Assembly (NCBI GenBank): GCA_013265495.1 | Contig: MU057640.1 | Span: 1,621,303 to 1,685,302, forward strand | DNA from: Vicugna vicugna | Taxonomy: Eukaryota | DNA length: 64,000 bases | Direction: 5' to 3' | In this document: piece after piece, positions 14,801 to 28,053 of the stretch | Numbering within the stretch: the first letter of the stretch is position 1 | Layout: the number at the start of each line of letters is the position of its first letter | Notes under the pieces: model-generated | What the model was told of the DNA's origin: nothing | The model's input: the letters and a program-made list of their open reading frames with translations, nothing else | The model's database searches: none | Made by a program: the position numbers and the translations under genes

Positions 14801-15339
14801 GGGATAAGTCCATTGGGGGGGGGGGGGATCTCCAGGTAAAAAACCGTAAGTCAAGAAGGATAATAATGTTATGCTTTGTAACTCTCCTAACCCACCATCA
14901 CAGATTCATACACTTTAATTTGTTCTTCTAATACCAGTAAATCAATTCATACCAACCCATGCATTAAAATCTCCACTCTCCTTCTCTGATCCACAAGAAT
15001 GAGTCCTGACTAGGTCACCAAGGACAAAAGAACCTGCAAAAAGATGATACGCTTGTCTTGACTTTATTATCTACATAACAGTGCTAGACTAGACTAACAG
15101 GAATTCCAAAGCACGAAACCGCAGAAGTTTTAAATATTCTTTATGCACCACCACTCTCAATTTTTAAAAGTGTATTTTTAAATAGTAGGCTTCCTTCTTG
15201 CTATGATATTATTTCAAACAGCTGTTGTAACGAGCGTCTGTTACTCAGGAGGGCTGAAATCTTTGGTCCATTCTCACCACAGTTTAATAATTCCCTGCTG
15301 TGTAAAGCCCGCTTTCTCACTGTAAACTCAGAAAAAGAA

Positions 15340-16235
15340 AGCAAATAAACAAACTGGGATGGCAGGGCTAGGACTGTTTCCTGCCTCCCTTGTCCTCTGG
15401 TACAGGCAGACTTATGAATTAGTTCTGAGATAGGCTGGAACCTGGGACCTGGGACCCTTTACCCGAGTGCTTGCACCTGGACAAACATTTCCTCCAGCAA
15501 CAGAAAACAAAGAAACTATAAAGGACTAAAAATAACTGCAGGCATGCGCATTTGGGGCAAATTATGAACAATAAGATGCAAAAAGTCCAAAACCCAACTG
15601 CCATTTCTGAGATGTCACGGGCAAGAGCAAGGGACTGCGCATGATCCCTGCACACAGCACCACCAAGGGGGTGGGCAGACCACCTAGGCCACCCCATCCA
15701 CCCCCACCCTCACCCCATTTAAGGAACCAGCCCTCCCACCTCAGAGAGTGAGCAAGGGAACCTGTTACTTGTTTTCGCTCCCTCATGCTGCAGCGCTAGT
15801 CCCAATAAAGCCCTGTCTGAATTTCTCCTCTGGCCACTCTTATCAATTTCTATTGATTAAAGAGTCCAAGGACCCAGATCAGTAACAGTGCCACCGACCA
15901 GACACCACACAGGACTCCTTCAGAATGGAGTCACGTGGGGAAAGAAGCAGGGTGACAGGGTGTACGGCATCCACTTTGCTCGCAGACAAAAGCAGAGTGA
16001 TGCTGGCTCTGGCGTCCGAGCCGGAGCATCCTGACCCAAGCAGGGGCTGCAGCTCCTCGGAGGGCAGGTTCCATGGTGCAGTACTGATGGCCAACTCTTC
16101 CTAGAAACTCAGCCCACCATCTCTTTCCTCAGCTCTCCCGATGATTTGCTAAGCCACCTACCACCCTTTAATAAATCCACTTCTGCTTACACTAACTAGA
16201 AGAGATCTCAATATCTGTAACTAAAAACCCTGACC
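15340..16235 (+). mobile_element. Older ERVL/MaLR-type LTR (LTR16/LTR33-like), split by the ERV1 LTR
   Basis: 3' end aataaatccacttctgcttacactaactaga..tgtaactaaaaaccctgac; 5' part tttcctgcctcccttg..ttagttc appears to rejoin across the insertion. Confidence 0.6.
15426..15887 (+). mobile_element. ERV1-like solo LTR (462 bp)
   Basis: TG...CA termini, AATAAA at 15804-15809, 4-bp flanks GTTC/GTGC (TSD with one mismatch). Confidence 0.8.
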
Positions 16236-17699
16236 CATTTACATGGCACATATTCCTTTCCTTAATTCCACATACAAGAGTGGAGACTGAAAGAAGTAAG
16301 TAACACATAGAACATTCCACACTGAGTCAAGGGTTCTTTCTTTTGAGCCAGGGCTCAAATCCACAAGCAACACTTCCAACCTTTCCTTATATGTACTTTC
16401 TCCTAAATTTCATCAGCTCTGCCATACAAGAAGAAAATGGTTTTTGCCTAACTAATTTTCTACCCATAAAAAGTCTGATGACAGTAACTTGGCAAGGTAT
16501 TTGAGAATGAGATACAATAAAGATTACTTTCTATAGCAGCTCAGGTTTATGGAGAATCCTACAGGGTTAGGTAGCACTTTCAGAACATTCCCAAACTGCA
16601 GACAAGGTGATCTAATGCTGTGTTTGCATGCCAAAATGATTAGCACTCTGTGCCAAGGCACAACTTAATTCACAAAGCAGCAATGAACTTTTCACTTATT
16701 TTCTCCCCTCCCTCAGGGCAAGATAATCATGTTAAAACCACCCAGACTCATCAGCTAACTAAAATCTGACACTATGACCCAACACCTAAGCAGACTGGGA
16801 ACGCTGAGAAGTGACTGCACACGTTAAAATTCTCTTCTTGGTAGAAAGACATTAAGTCCCATAATATCAGTTAGCAAATCTGGGACATGTAATCAGGTGT
16901 TATTAATACTGCTCTTTAAAGATGATAACAGAATCTTACAAAGAACATTCAATATCTCTGAATAATCGAATTACCCTGTGTATCAAACTGCACAAAATAT
17001 CTCTCAGGTACTACTCAAAGGCAAAGCTTCTGTAGAAAAGATCACTTGACACACTTCTGAAGCTAATTAATGACACTGATACTCATTCAGAAGATGTCTC
17101 AATGCTCTGCCAAATATCAAAAAGTGGGTATTCAATTCAAAGGAAGGCACAAGTATGCATCAACCGGAACCTATCAGTAAAGAAGGTGCGCAGATGAGTA
17201 CGAGCTTTACCACGATGACGCATGTGCCACGTGCCCTTCGGATGCACCTGGTGCTCTTTTTCTTTCTTTTCTTTTCGTTTTTTAAGAAATGAAGTATCTC
17301 TGGGCTAGAAATGACACATGGCCTACTTTGATGTTTCTTCTGGTTTCTCATATTTAGACTTTAACCTCAATCAATCTTAGTGCAAGTTTAAGGACGGAAA
17401 ATGATGCTCATTTATTAACGGTATCAAAATCAAGGGATCCGGGTACAGTACCACAGATCAGTGATTCCCAAAGCTGGTCTGCAAAACAATACCTGCATTC
17501 GTAGGTTCTCAGAGAAATGAGAACAGAAAAGAACTTGCTTGTGAGTATTTCATAAAGCTAAATTTAAAGAGTTGCCCTTTATTCAGAGATAATGTCCTTC
17601 CTATTCTTTTGGTAGTCAAATGGCCTCTCTTTATAAAATGCTTTAAAACAAAAACAAAAACTGAATTACATGGGTAAAACTGCAGAAGTCTAGGCACTC

Positions 17700-18955
17700 C
17701 AGATCTTTGCCTTTCCTATCTCCACCATCCCAACTCCCCTCCTTCCAGCTGCTCTGACGAAAAGTAAAAATAAATAAAACCTAACGGCATTCTTCACTCC
17801 TCTTTCGCACGCCACTTCTGGACCATGAGTGTAGCCTGTCGGCCTTACTCTCAAAATGTGTCCATATTCAACCACTTCTCACCACCACAATGAAGACATG
17901 GAACGTTTCCATCACCCCCAAAAGTTATACCAAATGGCCAATAAACGTATGAAAAAACTCCAACTGTATTAGTCTTCAGGGAAATGCAAATTAAAGCCAC
18001 AAAGGGATACTTCTACACACCCACCAGAACAGCTCAAGTTAAATGGCAGGAAATACCAAGTGCTGCCAAGAATGTGTGGCACTCTCATATGCTGCTGATG
18101 GATATATAAACTGATACAACCGCTTCAGAAAACTGTTTCTCAGTAGCTACTAAAGTGAACATACACACACCCCATGACTCAGCAATTCTACTCCTAATTA
18201 TACCCCCAGAGACGCCACGACAAAAAGACACATATGGGAGCGGTCATGGCAGCACGATTCACTAGCCAGAGACAGGGAACAACTGTGGTATCGCCATATG
18301 ATGGAACAAAAATGAATAAACTGCACGTACGTTTAAGAGCATGGCTGAATCTCACAAACACAATGCTGAGTGAAAGAAGCCAGAAACAAAAGAATATATT
18401 ATGCATGAGCACATTAAAATAAAGCTCGGAAACTGGCCCCAAAACACTAAGCTATGGCGTTAGCAGTCAGAGGGCAATGCTTTGACGGGGAAGCGGTAAC
18501 TAGGCTTTCTGAGGCACTACCAACAGTCTGCTCTCAATCTGAGCGCTGACTACAGTGCGTTCACTTTGTAAACATTCATCCCACCACACACTTGTGCCCT
18601 CTGCACTTTGCTGTGTGCTTGTTATAGTACAATACAAAGTTTTTCTTTTCAAACATCTTTCCAATAGGACTTCTCCAGCTTGACTTCTCTGTCTGAAGTT
18701 TCCACCACTCTCCAACATTTCACATTCTTCCTGCCCCCCTTATTTTTCTACTTTAGCATTTGCCAATATCTGATACACCGTCTTACATGCTAGGTCTGTT
18801 TTACAAACCTAGCTCCTTGACTGTCTCCACCCATTAAACTACAAATTTTCATAAGCACAGGAATTTTGTCCATTTTGCTGAGTATTTAGTCCCTAATGCT
18901 TAAAACAATGCCTGGCAGAGAACAGGCACACAATAAACACTGATTTAATTAACTT
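17700..18955 (+). mobile_element. L2 fragment interrupted by an L1
   Basis: L2-like tgtcggccttactctcaaaatgtgtccatattcaaccacttctcacc and 3' end aacaatgcctggcagagaacaggcacacaataaa. Confidence 0.7.
17930..18650 (+). mobile_element. L1 (L1ME/MC-like) ORF2 end and 3' UTR
   Basis: agggaaatgcaaattaaagccaca, gactcagcaattctactccta, atgctgagtgaaagaagccaga. Confidence 0.85.
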
Positions 18956-20605
18956 ATTAATTGGACAGCCTTGTCCAATGTAATTATGTTTGTGGATTCA
19001 AGCCATAAATTCTTGCAGTCGTCATGGTATGCTTAAGCAATAAGCCAGTTGCTGTTCTGGTTGTAAGTTTCTCAACATGGTTTCGAGACTCTCTTCTTCC
19101 TGATCATCCTCTGGACACTCCTCTCATTTCCAGATCAGGTTCCGGCCAGCTTGGAGCACAGCAGAACACTCTGAACCCCGTAACGTCTGTTTTTACAAAT
19201 GAAGCCTAAGGCTGGCATTAACTTTTTTCCTACCATATCCAACCCTACGGATTCAACTCATACTGAGTTTAGGGTCAAATAAAATTAACAAAGAAACTTA
19301 GTTCTACTTAATTTTTTTTGCCTTCACATAAATATATAAATCAAGAAATGTTCCCATCCCATAATGGAGTCTTTGGTTTCTGGTCCTAAATGTAGAAATT
19401 TTGGGGTATTCCCCTCCCCCTAAGATTTTTGCTCACCATTCCAAACCTCAAGTTCTTTTTAAAGCAGTGCTCTCAACCTCTTTTAACTATCACTCCTGAG
19501 ACTTTTCAGACATTTTTTCCTTAATCATTCTCCCCCATGAAAGGTTAATACCACAGAGTGTATATCTGTCCATGTACTTACACTGCATGTCAGTTTATGT
19601 ACTTATATATATTGTGCTTTAAATATTAAAGGATAAAATTTCTGCCCCCATCTCACTTCTCTGAACATGCATACCTTAAAACCTTGATTCTGCCAACAAC
19701 TATGTTACCTTACATTTCTAATTTCACTTCACAAGTAAATCTGTCAACAGTAAAACCATTTCAATGATAAAAGTTGTAACCAACAGAAGTCAAGCACAGG
19801 GTCCAACAGCACAGGAGGAAAAGCTTCCCTCCCAGCTGACAGAAACCCCTTAAATCTACCATTCTTTGAGCATACTTATTCGAAGAGCTACAACCCATCA
19901 AATACCCACTTCGTATTTTCCATCTTCTTCATAAGGACAACATTTTGTTAAACTAAACACTCTGCAGAAACCAAAAGACAGCAGTCCCTTGACCAATAAC
20001 CTACTGAACCTTCTTAAGATTGATTTTAAAAAGAAAACAAGATTAGCACAGAACGACCTGTTTTAATCTCTTCAAAAATCCCTCTAGAACCTGTTCCTTT
20101 TCTTGGCCTCTGGTCCACGTAATCCCTACCTTCACCCTTCTAAGAATTTCCTGTCTCCCTAGACTCAGATGAGTACTTTTTACTTTCCACATTACATACT
20201 GGCAAACGTTTTGCAAATCTGATCATTCTGCTCCCTGGGTATTTAAAATCCTTCCAGAGCTCCTCCTGCCCGTAAGATAAAGTCCCAACTCAGCACGATA
20301 TGCAAAACCTTCCACTATGAGGCCAATCAGTGGCAACATCTCCCATTTCTAGGAAGCTTTTTCACACTTTTCTCTGTAGAGCAGAAATGCTCTTACACCC
20401 AAGCCCCAGCCGATACCCGCCCTCTCTACCCTCTCTGCTTTGCCTTACGTCTGTCCAGACTTGAGAAGCAATGCCACCTCTTCAAAGATCTCCTCCACTC
20501 CACTCCACTCTCCCTCCCAGTGTCACAAAGCATTTCACAATCAGCTTTACAGGCACACTGCATACATCTGGCCATTACTTGCTTATCAGTCTGTCTCCTC
20601 AACAA

Positions 20606-21045
20606 CTAAGCCATTCAAAAAGGATGGGTAAAACCTGCAGCAACGTGGATGGACTTAGAGATGATCACACTAAAGTGAAGACAGAGAAGGACAAACATCA
20701 TGGTATCACTCACGTGTGGAATCTAAAACATGACACAAATGAACTTATTTACAAAACAGAAACAGACTCACAAATACAGAAAACAAATTTACGGTTAAGA
20801 AAGGGGAAAGGGCGAGGAGGGGTAATTAGGAGTTTGGGATTAGTAGATACATGCTACTATATATAAAATAGATAAACAAGATCCTACTGTATAGCACAGG
20901 GAACTGTACTCAGTTTCTTGTAATAACCTATAATAGAAGAGAATATGAAAGAGATTATATATACACATATATGTATAACTGAATCACTGCTGTACACCTG
21001 AAACTAACACAATATCGTAAATCAACTATACTTCAATAAAAAGTT
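20606..21045 (+). mobile_element. Artiodactyl-type L1 3' end
   Basis: tggaatctaaaacatgacacaaatgaacttatttacaaaacagaaacagactcac..gtatagcacagggaact..aactatacttcaataaaa; similar to copies at 40680 and 59323. Confidence 0.9.
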
Positions 21046-21615
21046 AATTAATTAATACACACACACAGAGCAAAGAAATGCACTAAGAATACTTGCCACA
21101 AGCTGATCTCCTCAACCTGGAACTTGACATTCACCTCTATGCCTCTGGCACCAGGAATGCCAGGAGACTACAGGCACTGGAAGCCCAGTACATGTTTTCA
21201 GGACAGAAACCATCCTGGCTCCGGTACCGACTACCTTTACAATCAGTGTCATCAAATCATCTGGGTAGAAACCTACACGAGGATTCTGCAAGAAACTCAC
21301 ATGAAACTTAATCCATTTTCCTTTCTCTAGGAAACAAAAGCACTGAATCACCTTCAGATTTCAGGAGCCTCTCACTTTCTCATTTCCTGAAGTTTCCCAA
21401 CGGGGGTTCCTCAAAAATAACTGCAGCGTTTTGAGGTATCCTGGGAAACCATTCACTTCAGCCTAGGGGTTTTTACCCTTTTTAACCCTCTTGTTTTATT
21501 CGCATCATTTTCCTTCTACCTTCTCTATCTGAAAACTACTTTCTTTGCTGCAAAAGACAGTAGGAAAATGGAATGAATTACTCTGAATTCCTTCCTGTTA
21601 CTATTAAACAATGAG

Positions 21616-21711
21616 GGGGGAGGGTACAGCTCAGGGATAGAGCACGTGCTTAGCGTGCATAAGGTCCTTGGTTTGATCCCCAGAACCTCCATTAGAAAAA
21701 ATTCTTAAAAA
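21616..21711 (+). mobile_element. tRNA-derived SINE, camelid Vic-1-like
   Basis: ggggagggtacagctcagggatagagcacgtgcttagcgtgcataaggtccttggtttgatcccc (A/B boxes), A-rich tail, 13-bp TSD attaaacaatgag/attaaacagtgag. Confidence 0.85.
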
Positions 21712-21789
21712 ATTAAACAGTGAGCCTAGCTTCTACCTCATCTTGTTTCATAGATCAAAAACTGATCTGCATACACTTTATCAAAGTTG

Positions 21790-22325
21790 AACATAAATAC
21801 ACTTTACAACACAGCAAGTCTTACTCTTGGATATACATTCAAAAGAAATGCAGGCTGTGTGCACCTCAGGGCACATCCAAGAAAGGGCACAACAGCCAAA
21901 GCCTGAAAATCTGAAACTCAAACGTCCATCAGGAGTAGAATATATAAATAGTTGCATATTCACATAATGGAAAACTATAGAGCAATGAAAATGAACTACA
22001 GCTACAAGCAACACATGGATAAATTTCACGATAAATAAAAGAAAGCCAGTACATATGAAAACATGCTGTGTGATGCCACTTGAACAAGTTTCAAAAATAC
22101 ATAAAAACTAATCTCTGGTGTCAGAAATCACAAGAGTAGTTACCTTTGAGGAAGAAGGAGGGCAAGTGGCTGCAAAGACATAAGAGAAGGTTTCTGGGGG
22201 GCTGGTAATGTTCTCTTTCTTGGCCCCACACAGTGGTTACACATGTGTATTCGTTTTCTGATAATTTATTGAGCTGTATTTTTATGATTGCATTTCATAT
22301 GTATTGTACATCCAAAAAGCTTTTT
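21790..22325 (+). mobile_element. Old L1 (L1ME-like) 3' end
   Basis: aaactcaaacgtccatcaggagtagaa, agagtagttacctttgagg, tgggggctggtaatgttct. Confidence 0.8.
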
Positions 22326-22479
22326 AAAGTCATTCTGGTAACTTTAAATTTTTTCCTACAAGCCACAGGTCACCCTAGATGTAACCTTTCTAAAATGCTT
22401 ATGGCCATTCAGCCTATTTTGTTTTCATGCCTATTCTGTGCCCTTTGCTCTTCTGTATACCACTTAAACTCTGGCTTCT

Positions 22480-23430
22480 GACAAAAGTAAAAAGACAAAT
22501 CACAGAGTAGGAGAAAATTTCTGCAAATCATAAATCTGATAAAAGATATGCACTGAGAGTATATAAAGTGCTTTTAGAACTCAAATAATAAAAAGACAAC
22601 TCAATTGTAAAACGGGAAGAGGGTCTGAGTAGACATTTCTCCAAAGATATAAAATATGAATGATGCACATCATTAGTCATTAAAGAAAAGCCAATCAAAT
22701 ACACAATGAGATGCCACTGCACACCCATAAAGCCAAACATCACAGGAACAGATGTTGGCCAGTGTGTGGACAAACTGGAACCTTCATACACTGCTGGTAG
22801 GAATGTGAAAGGGTACAGCTACTTCGGAAAACAGTCTGGCAGCTCCCCAAAAGGTTAAACAGAGTTACGATATGACCTGGAAACTCTACCCCTAGGTATA
22901 GACCCAAGAGAAATGAAGACACATGTACACACAAAAGCTTACATTACACATGAGTAAGAAGCATAATTCTTAATACCCAAAAAGGGGAAAACCACCCAAA
23001 TGCCCATCAACTGATGGATAAACAAAGTGTTATATATCCATGCAATGGAATATTACTCAGTAATAAAAAAAAAAGTTGATTCATGCTACCATGTGGATGA
23101 ACCTGAAAACGTATGGTAAGTGAAAGAAGTCAGTCACAAAAAACCATATATTATATGATCCCAGCTATAGGAAACATCCAAAATAGGCAAATCTATAGGA
23201 ACAGAAAGTAGATTAGTGGCTGCTTAGGTCTGGGAAGCTGAGGGGATGAGAGCTAAGGGACGTGGGGTTTCTTTCTGAGGTGATAAAAAATGTTCTAAAA
23301 TTGACTTGTGGTGGGTGATGGTTGCTCGTAGCTGTGAATACACTAAAAACCACTGAATTGTATACTTGAACTGGGCTAATTATATGGTATGTGAATTATA
23401 TATCAATAAAGCTTTTTTTTTTCCTTTTTT
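22480..23430 (+). mobile_element. L1 (L1MB-like), 5'-truncated, with TSD
   Basis: ORF2 C-terminal region plus 3' UTR ending gtgaattatatatcaataaagc; flanked by tctggcttct at 22470-22479 and 23434-23443. Confidence 0.9.
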
Positions 23431-24059
23431 AAATCTGGCTTCTATTGCAATGAACTCAAACAGCTGTGCTGACTTCAGAAGCGGGCCTCATTTTTGCTTA
23501 TCAGCATGATTTGGCATCCTACAATCACAACTTTTGTTTCTTGGAGATTCCTACCCATTTGGATGAAACCATACTCCTTTTTATAGTTCTGTTGGACATG
23601 GAGGTATACAATCTTTTCTCTGAGCTCTGTGAAATCTCTTTCCAAAAACCTAGGCTGTAAAATTCTCTTCCACCATGGCAAAACCCCAAGGCAAAATTGC
23701 CACTGTCACCCAAAGTTCTCAGCATGAATCAGCTAGTCACAATTTCCAACCTCTACCCTCTTAAAAAAAAGAATTACCAATAAGCAAGAACTTATCAGAT
23801 GTCTCCATTTATAGGGTTGAGATTTCCACAGAGAGATAGCTGAAATGTACCATAATTATCCTATCCCTGTGCCTGTTTTGAACTTATACCTATTTATTCA
23901 GGGATGCATTTAACATTAGGTTCCGGAAATGCAAAATTGCAAAAGACACAGCCCAGGCCTTCAAAGGTTTAACAGAAGAAGCAAAGGCAGAAAACTAATT
24001 TTAATGTATTTTGACAAAGCTCCCCCAGCTGACCTCCATCCTGGCACTTACCCTGATAC

Positions 24060-24195
24060 TGTGAGTTGTAATTTTCTGTTATTCATCTGTCAGCCTGGTT
24101 TGCTCTCATGAAAACGGACCTCCCTTTGAAGGACTGACAGTGCCCTGAACACAGGAGAGCTTCAACAAGCTGTTTGTTGATTGAATACATGAATG
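24060..24195 (+). mobile_element. L2 3' end
   Basis: acagtgccctgaacacagg..tgtttgttgattgaatacatgaatga. Confidence 0.6.
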
Positions 24196-24609
24196 ACAAA
24201 GCATGAGTACGCAAAGAGAAACAAGTATAGCCCCCACAGTATCTGTCCTGCCCTCTTAACCTCAGCTCACTGTTACAAATCCCAGCCTAGTAGGCAGCAA
24301 ATTAAGCTGAGAAAATATCCAAGTTGATTCCTCCCTCTGCCCACTCCCCTTTCCCCAATCTGAGTTCAGCTTTCCTACCCCTAACACCCCCCATCTGACA
24401 CCCAGGAAAAATGTTCCGGATGCCCTTTTAAGACAACTACTGATGAAATAGGATCTGCCTGTGTAACACAGATGAAATTTATTTTATAAATCCAAGGACC
24501 TGCCATTATAACCCAAGTGAAATGTACCTTTCCACTGGGGGCTTTAAAAATCCAAAGGAAATAGACTAGGAAAACTGAAAAGCTGGGAGGGCTTGTAAGG
24601 AGGGACGGG

Positions 24610-24880
24610 TAACTGGCATCTGTTGGACATCTATTACGTGCCAAGCACTGTGTGTGCTGCCATCCCACTGCCATCAAAAGAACTCCCATGTATCGGCACT
24701 AAGTCCCAGCAGTGAGAAGGGAGTTACGTACATGGTCTCATTTCATTTGACAATAACCATGGGAGTAAAGCATCAGCACCTTTTAAATTCCCATTTTAAA
24801 AAGTAAGAGAGAGTTTGAGAAATTGCCTGAGGTGACACTATTACCCAGGTCTCCGGTCCCAAAGCCCATACGTGCCACTG
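24610..24880 (-). mobile_element. MIR SINE
   Basis: ctattacgtgccaagcactgtg..tctcatttcatttgacaataaccatgggag..ttcccatttta. Confidence 0.6.
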
Positions 24881-26725
24881 CCCCTTATATGAGAAACCCT
24901 GTGGAACGCAGCCCAGTATCTGAGCCTCTGACTCCGTTTTCTAAATCTCAGCTATAAAAATGAGGGAAATTCCTTCCTCAAACCTTGGCTATGGAAATTA
25001 AGTAAGACAATATATTCAAAACAATTGCTGGTACATAAATGACCCTCAAAAATAACATTGTTTCTTTTCTTGCTTCTTAGGTTATGAACTCTCCCAGCCT
25101 TAAACCCTGGGCAAGCAATGGGCACACTGTAATTTGTAAACCATCTCTCACATCCTGCCCTAAAGGGTAGGCTCTGCTTCACTCATTAGAACAGGTTAAA
25201 ATGAACCCCGTGCTTGAGAAAAGCATCTGGGATACCAACTACCATCTTACAAAGTGTCAGAACCCAACATACTTCTTCTGGGAAACTATTCACAGAGAAA
25301 TCTGAGATCAAATCTGCTCTGGTCTTGTTCCCCAGTTTTCTTCCTGAGAAATCCCAGACACCCCTCCCTGGGGCTGCTGCGTCCAACATCAGCCCCCGCG
25401 GTCGAAATGCTGCACTTCTCCCGGGACCTCTTTCCCCAGCAAATTGCATTTTAAAGCCCTGTTTTACCGGACCGATCTCTGCATTTTGCTTGTTTTTAGA
25501 AGCCATCTTTAGAAGACAGTGAACATGAAAATGTTCATGGTTGTTATCCCTGGCTGGTAGAATGATGGAGGACTTTTTTCTTCTTCGTCTTCAAACTTCT
25601 TATATTTTCCACATTTTCCACAAATCCTTCTGCAATACTTTCATAAGAAGAAGGACAAGGACAAGAACACTCCGCATTTAAGTGATTTCCTTTGTCTCCT
25701 GTTGTCGGACATTTTCCTTTATTCTTTCTGAGTTCCCCCAACAAGCTGGCAGCCTCTTGAGAACAGGACTGTGAAATTATCTGTACAACACTCAGCACAG
25801 TACCCCATCCACAGCAGGTGCCTGGCACAAAACAGCTCAGTCGGTATTTGTGGAGAGAATGATGAATATTCAGGTAATATTCTAAGATGGACTTGGCTCA
25901 CTGATGGTGGGTGTGAATATGGCACGTCCTTAATGGACTTGGAGTATTGCAATTATGTATCATTATTATAAAAGTAGCTTTCAAACAGTCAAGGCAGTTA
26001 AACACAAAAAGTCTGCAACCCGAAGGCAAGGTGAACGACTCAAGGTGATTCACTGCTGCAGTGGTAAGCCAAGAGCCGGATGGTGAACAGATCGAGATCC
26101 TTGTGCATCTTGCCCTGAAGGAGCACACCAGAAACTGAGTCCATTCAATAACCTCAAGGCTCTGTGCCCCACCTGGAGGGCACATCAGGGCCCTGGTCAG
26201 CCACCAAAGTTCAACAAGACTGTTTAAAATTAATCTTTGTCCTTAAGATTAAATAGGAAGCCTAAATACTAAAGCAAACAGGGGATTAAGATAAAACCAC
26301 CCCTGCCATGTTATTACACCACCCAAAATCCTTATCTAATAAACCAAAGCATAAAGTCTTGAGGATTGATTTAACATGAAAGAGAAGTCTCAAATATTTG
26401 GTCTGGAGAAATGACCCGAACATAAAGTTTAAAGAACCATATATTAGATTCAATGAACATACAAAGCCCACAACACAATGGCAAAGTAAAAACAGCAACA
26501 AGGTTCCCCCTTCTCACCATGACCTAAGTTAACCACGTTAGCTTTTACTAGTGGCTTCAATTCTGATTGGTCAACTGAGTGTGTTTCCTCGAAGCACACT
26601 TGTTGCCAGGGCTGGTCTTACATCTGTTTTTGTATTTTCAACTAACTTCAGTTCCATTAACCTTTCTTTAAAAATCTACATATATATTTCTAACATGCCT
26701 CTAGGCTCTTAAAAGACACTTATTT

Positions 26726-26969
26726 TTCTCCATACGCTCTCCAGCATTTATTATTTGTAGACTTTTTGATGATAGCCATTCTGACTGGTGTGAAGTGATA
26801 CCTCGTTGTAGTTTTGATTTTCATTTCTCAAATAATTAGTGATGAAAAGACACATGAAAAAGAATATATATATATATATGTACAACTGAACCACCATGCT
26901 GTACACCAGAAAGTAATACAACATCGTAAATCAGCTATCTTTCAATTTAAAAAAAAGCTGAAAAATAAA
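26726..26969 (+). mobile_element. 5'-inverted (twin-primed) L1 with 15-bp TSD
   Basis: ~26726-26844 is antisense L1 ORF2-end sequence, ~26845-26969 is sense L1 3' terminus with A tail; flanks aaaagacacttattt (26711-26725) and aaaggacacttattt (26970-26984). Confidence 0.85.
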
Positions 26970-27669
26970 AAAGGACACTTATTTCAAAACAAAGCAGATC
27001 CTGACATGATGACAGCTTGGTAATTTTAGGTCAACAGGTGGAAGTCAAAGACGAGATGACAATTTCAGAGCAGAACTCATGCTGCAAGATGAGAAAGAAA
27101 GCACTTCCCCCAGAAAATACATTTCTCATGGTTTTGTTTCTTTTTTTGTTGTTGTTTTTTTCCATCATGCCTTCACCTGGGAAGTAAAGGGAAGGTGTTC
27201 TTATTCAAAAAAAAAAAATGTGGTTTTTACAAACTCTGTGAAGATTTATAGTTATTTCACCACAACTATAAATATTTACATTTCTTCTAGCTATCTGTAC
27301 TAGAAATATTAGCAACCCTGGGCCTGGAACTTCTCTGGCAGGTGGGAGCCCCTCATGAGGTTGTTTCCCACATCTCAGTAAATTCCTGCATCTCAGTAAG
27401 TTGACCAAAAGAATATTCAAAGGCCACCATCACCTTGACTCCACTGGAAGGGAGAAAATTAAATATATTATCCAAGGATTTTCTCTAAGAGCCTGAGATA
27501 TCTGCTCCTCTTCACCTCCTAAAAGTTCGCTCATGCACCACCTAATTTTTCTTAGCGAAGCCAGCAATAGGAGAACGTGAGAGAAATGGAAAGAAATGGT
27601 GTCACTCCCCTGTAAACCACGCCTGAGTCCCGTGGAAGAGCGCAAACAAATGGGAGTCTGAAAACAAGG

Positions 27670-27810
27670 CAAGGTACTTAAACTTCCTAAGCCCCGGCTT
27701 CACCACCTGTTAAATATTGATCATACCTATCTCCCAGGAGTTCCATAAGGATAAAATGAGATGATGTAAGGAGAGAACCCATCATAAAACTAATTCCTTG
27801 GTGGAGCTCA
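27670..27810 (+). mobile_element. MIR SINE
   Basis: ggcaaggtacttaaacttcctaagccccggcttcc..aggataaaatgagatgatgta. Confidence 0.7.
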
Positions 27811-28053
27811 GCGAAAGAGATACACGACCACGGTTAGTTAATGGAGGACCACTGTTAGTTACTACGGAGGTCACCTTGACAGGCCGAAGTCCTACAAATA
27901 GATGCAGGGAAAGAAACCACCAAATGGGTCACAGGCCAGGTCTGGGAAGTTCAGATCATTGCTGAAGACACAAAAAACAGTCCCTGAGTCTCCACTGTGG
28001 CACAACATGGATGAACGATAAACTACCTACCACACTTAAAAACTGTACCAGCA

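Noticed and set aside
20606..20650. Apparent shared 5' truncation point (ctgcagcaa) of the L1s at ~20635 and 59323
   Set aside because: The first copy continues upstream with degenerate L1 sequence (aagccattcaaaaaggatg), so the start points differ.
21616..21690. tRNA-like sequence (also 55575-55650)
   Set aside because: A-rich tails, a TSD at the first copy and degenerate stems indicate SINEs, not tRNA genes.
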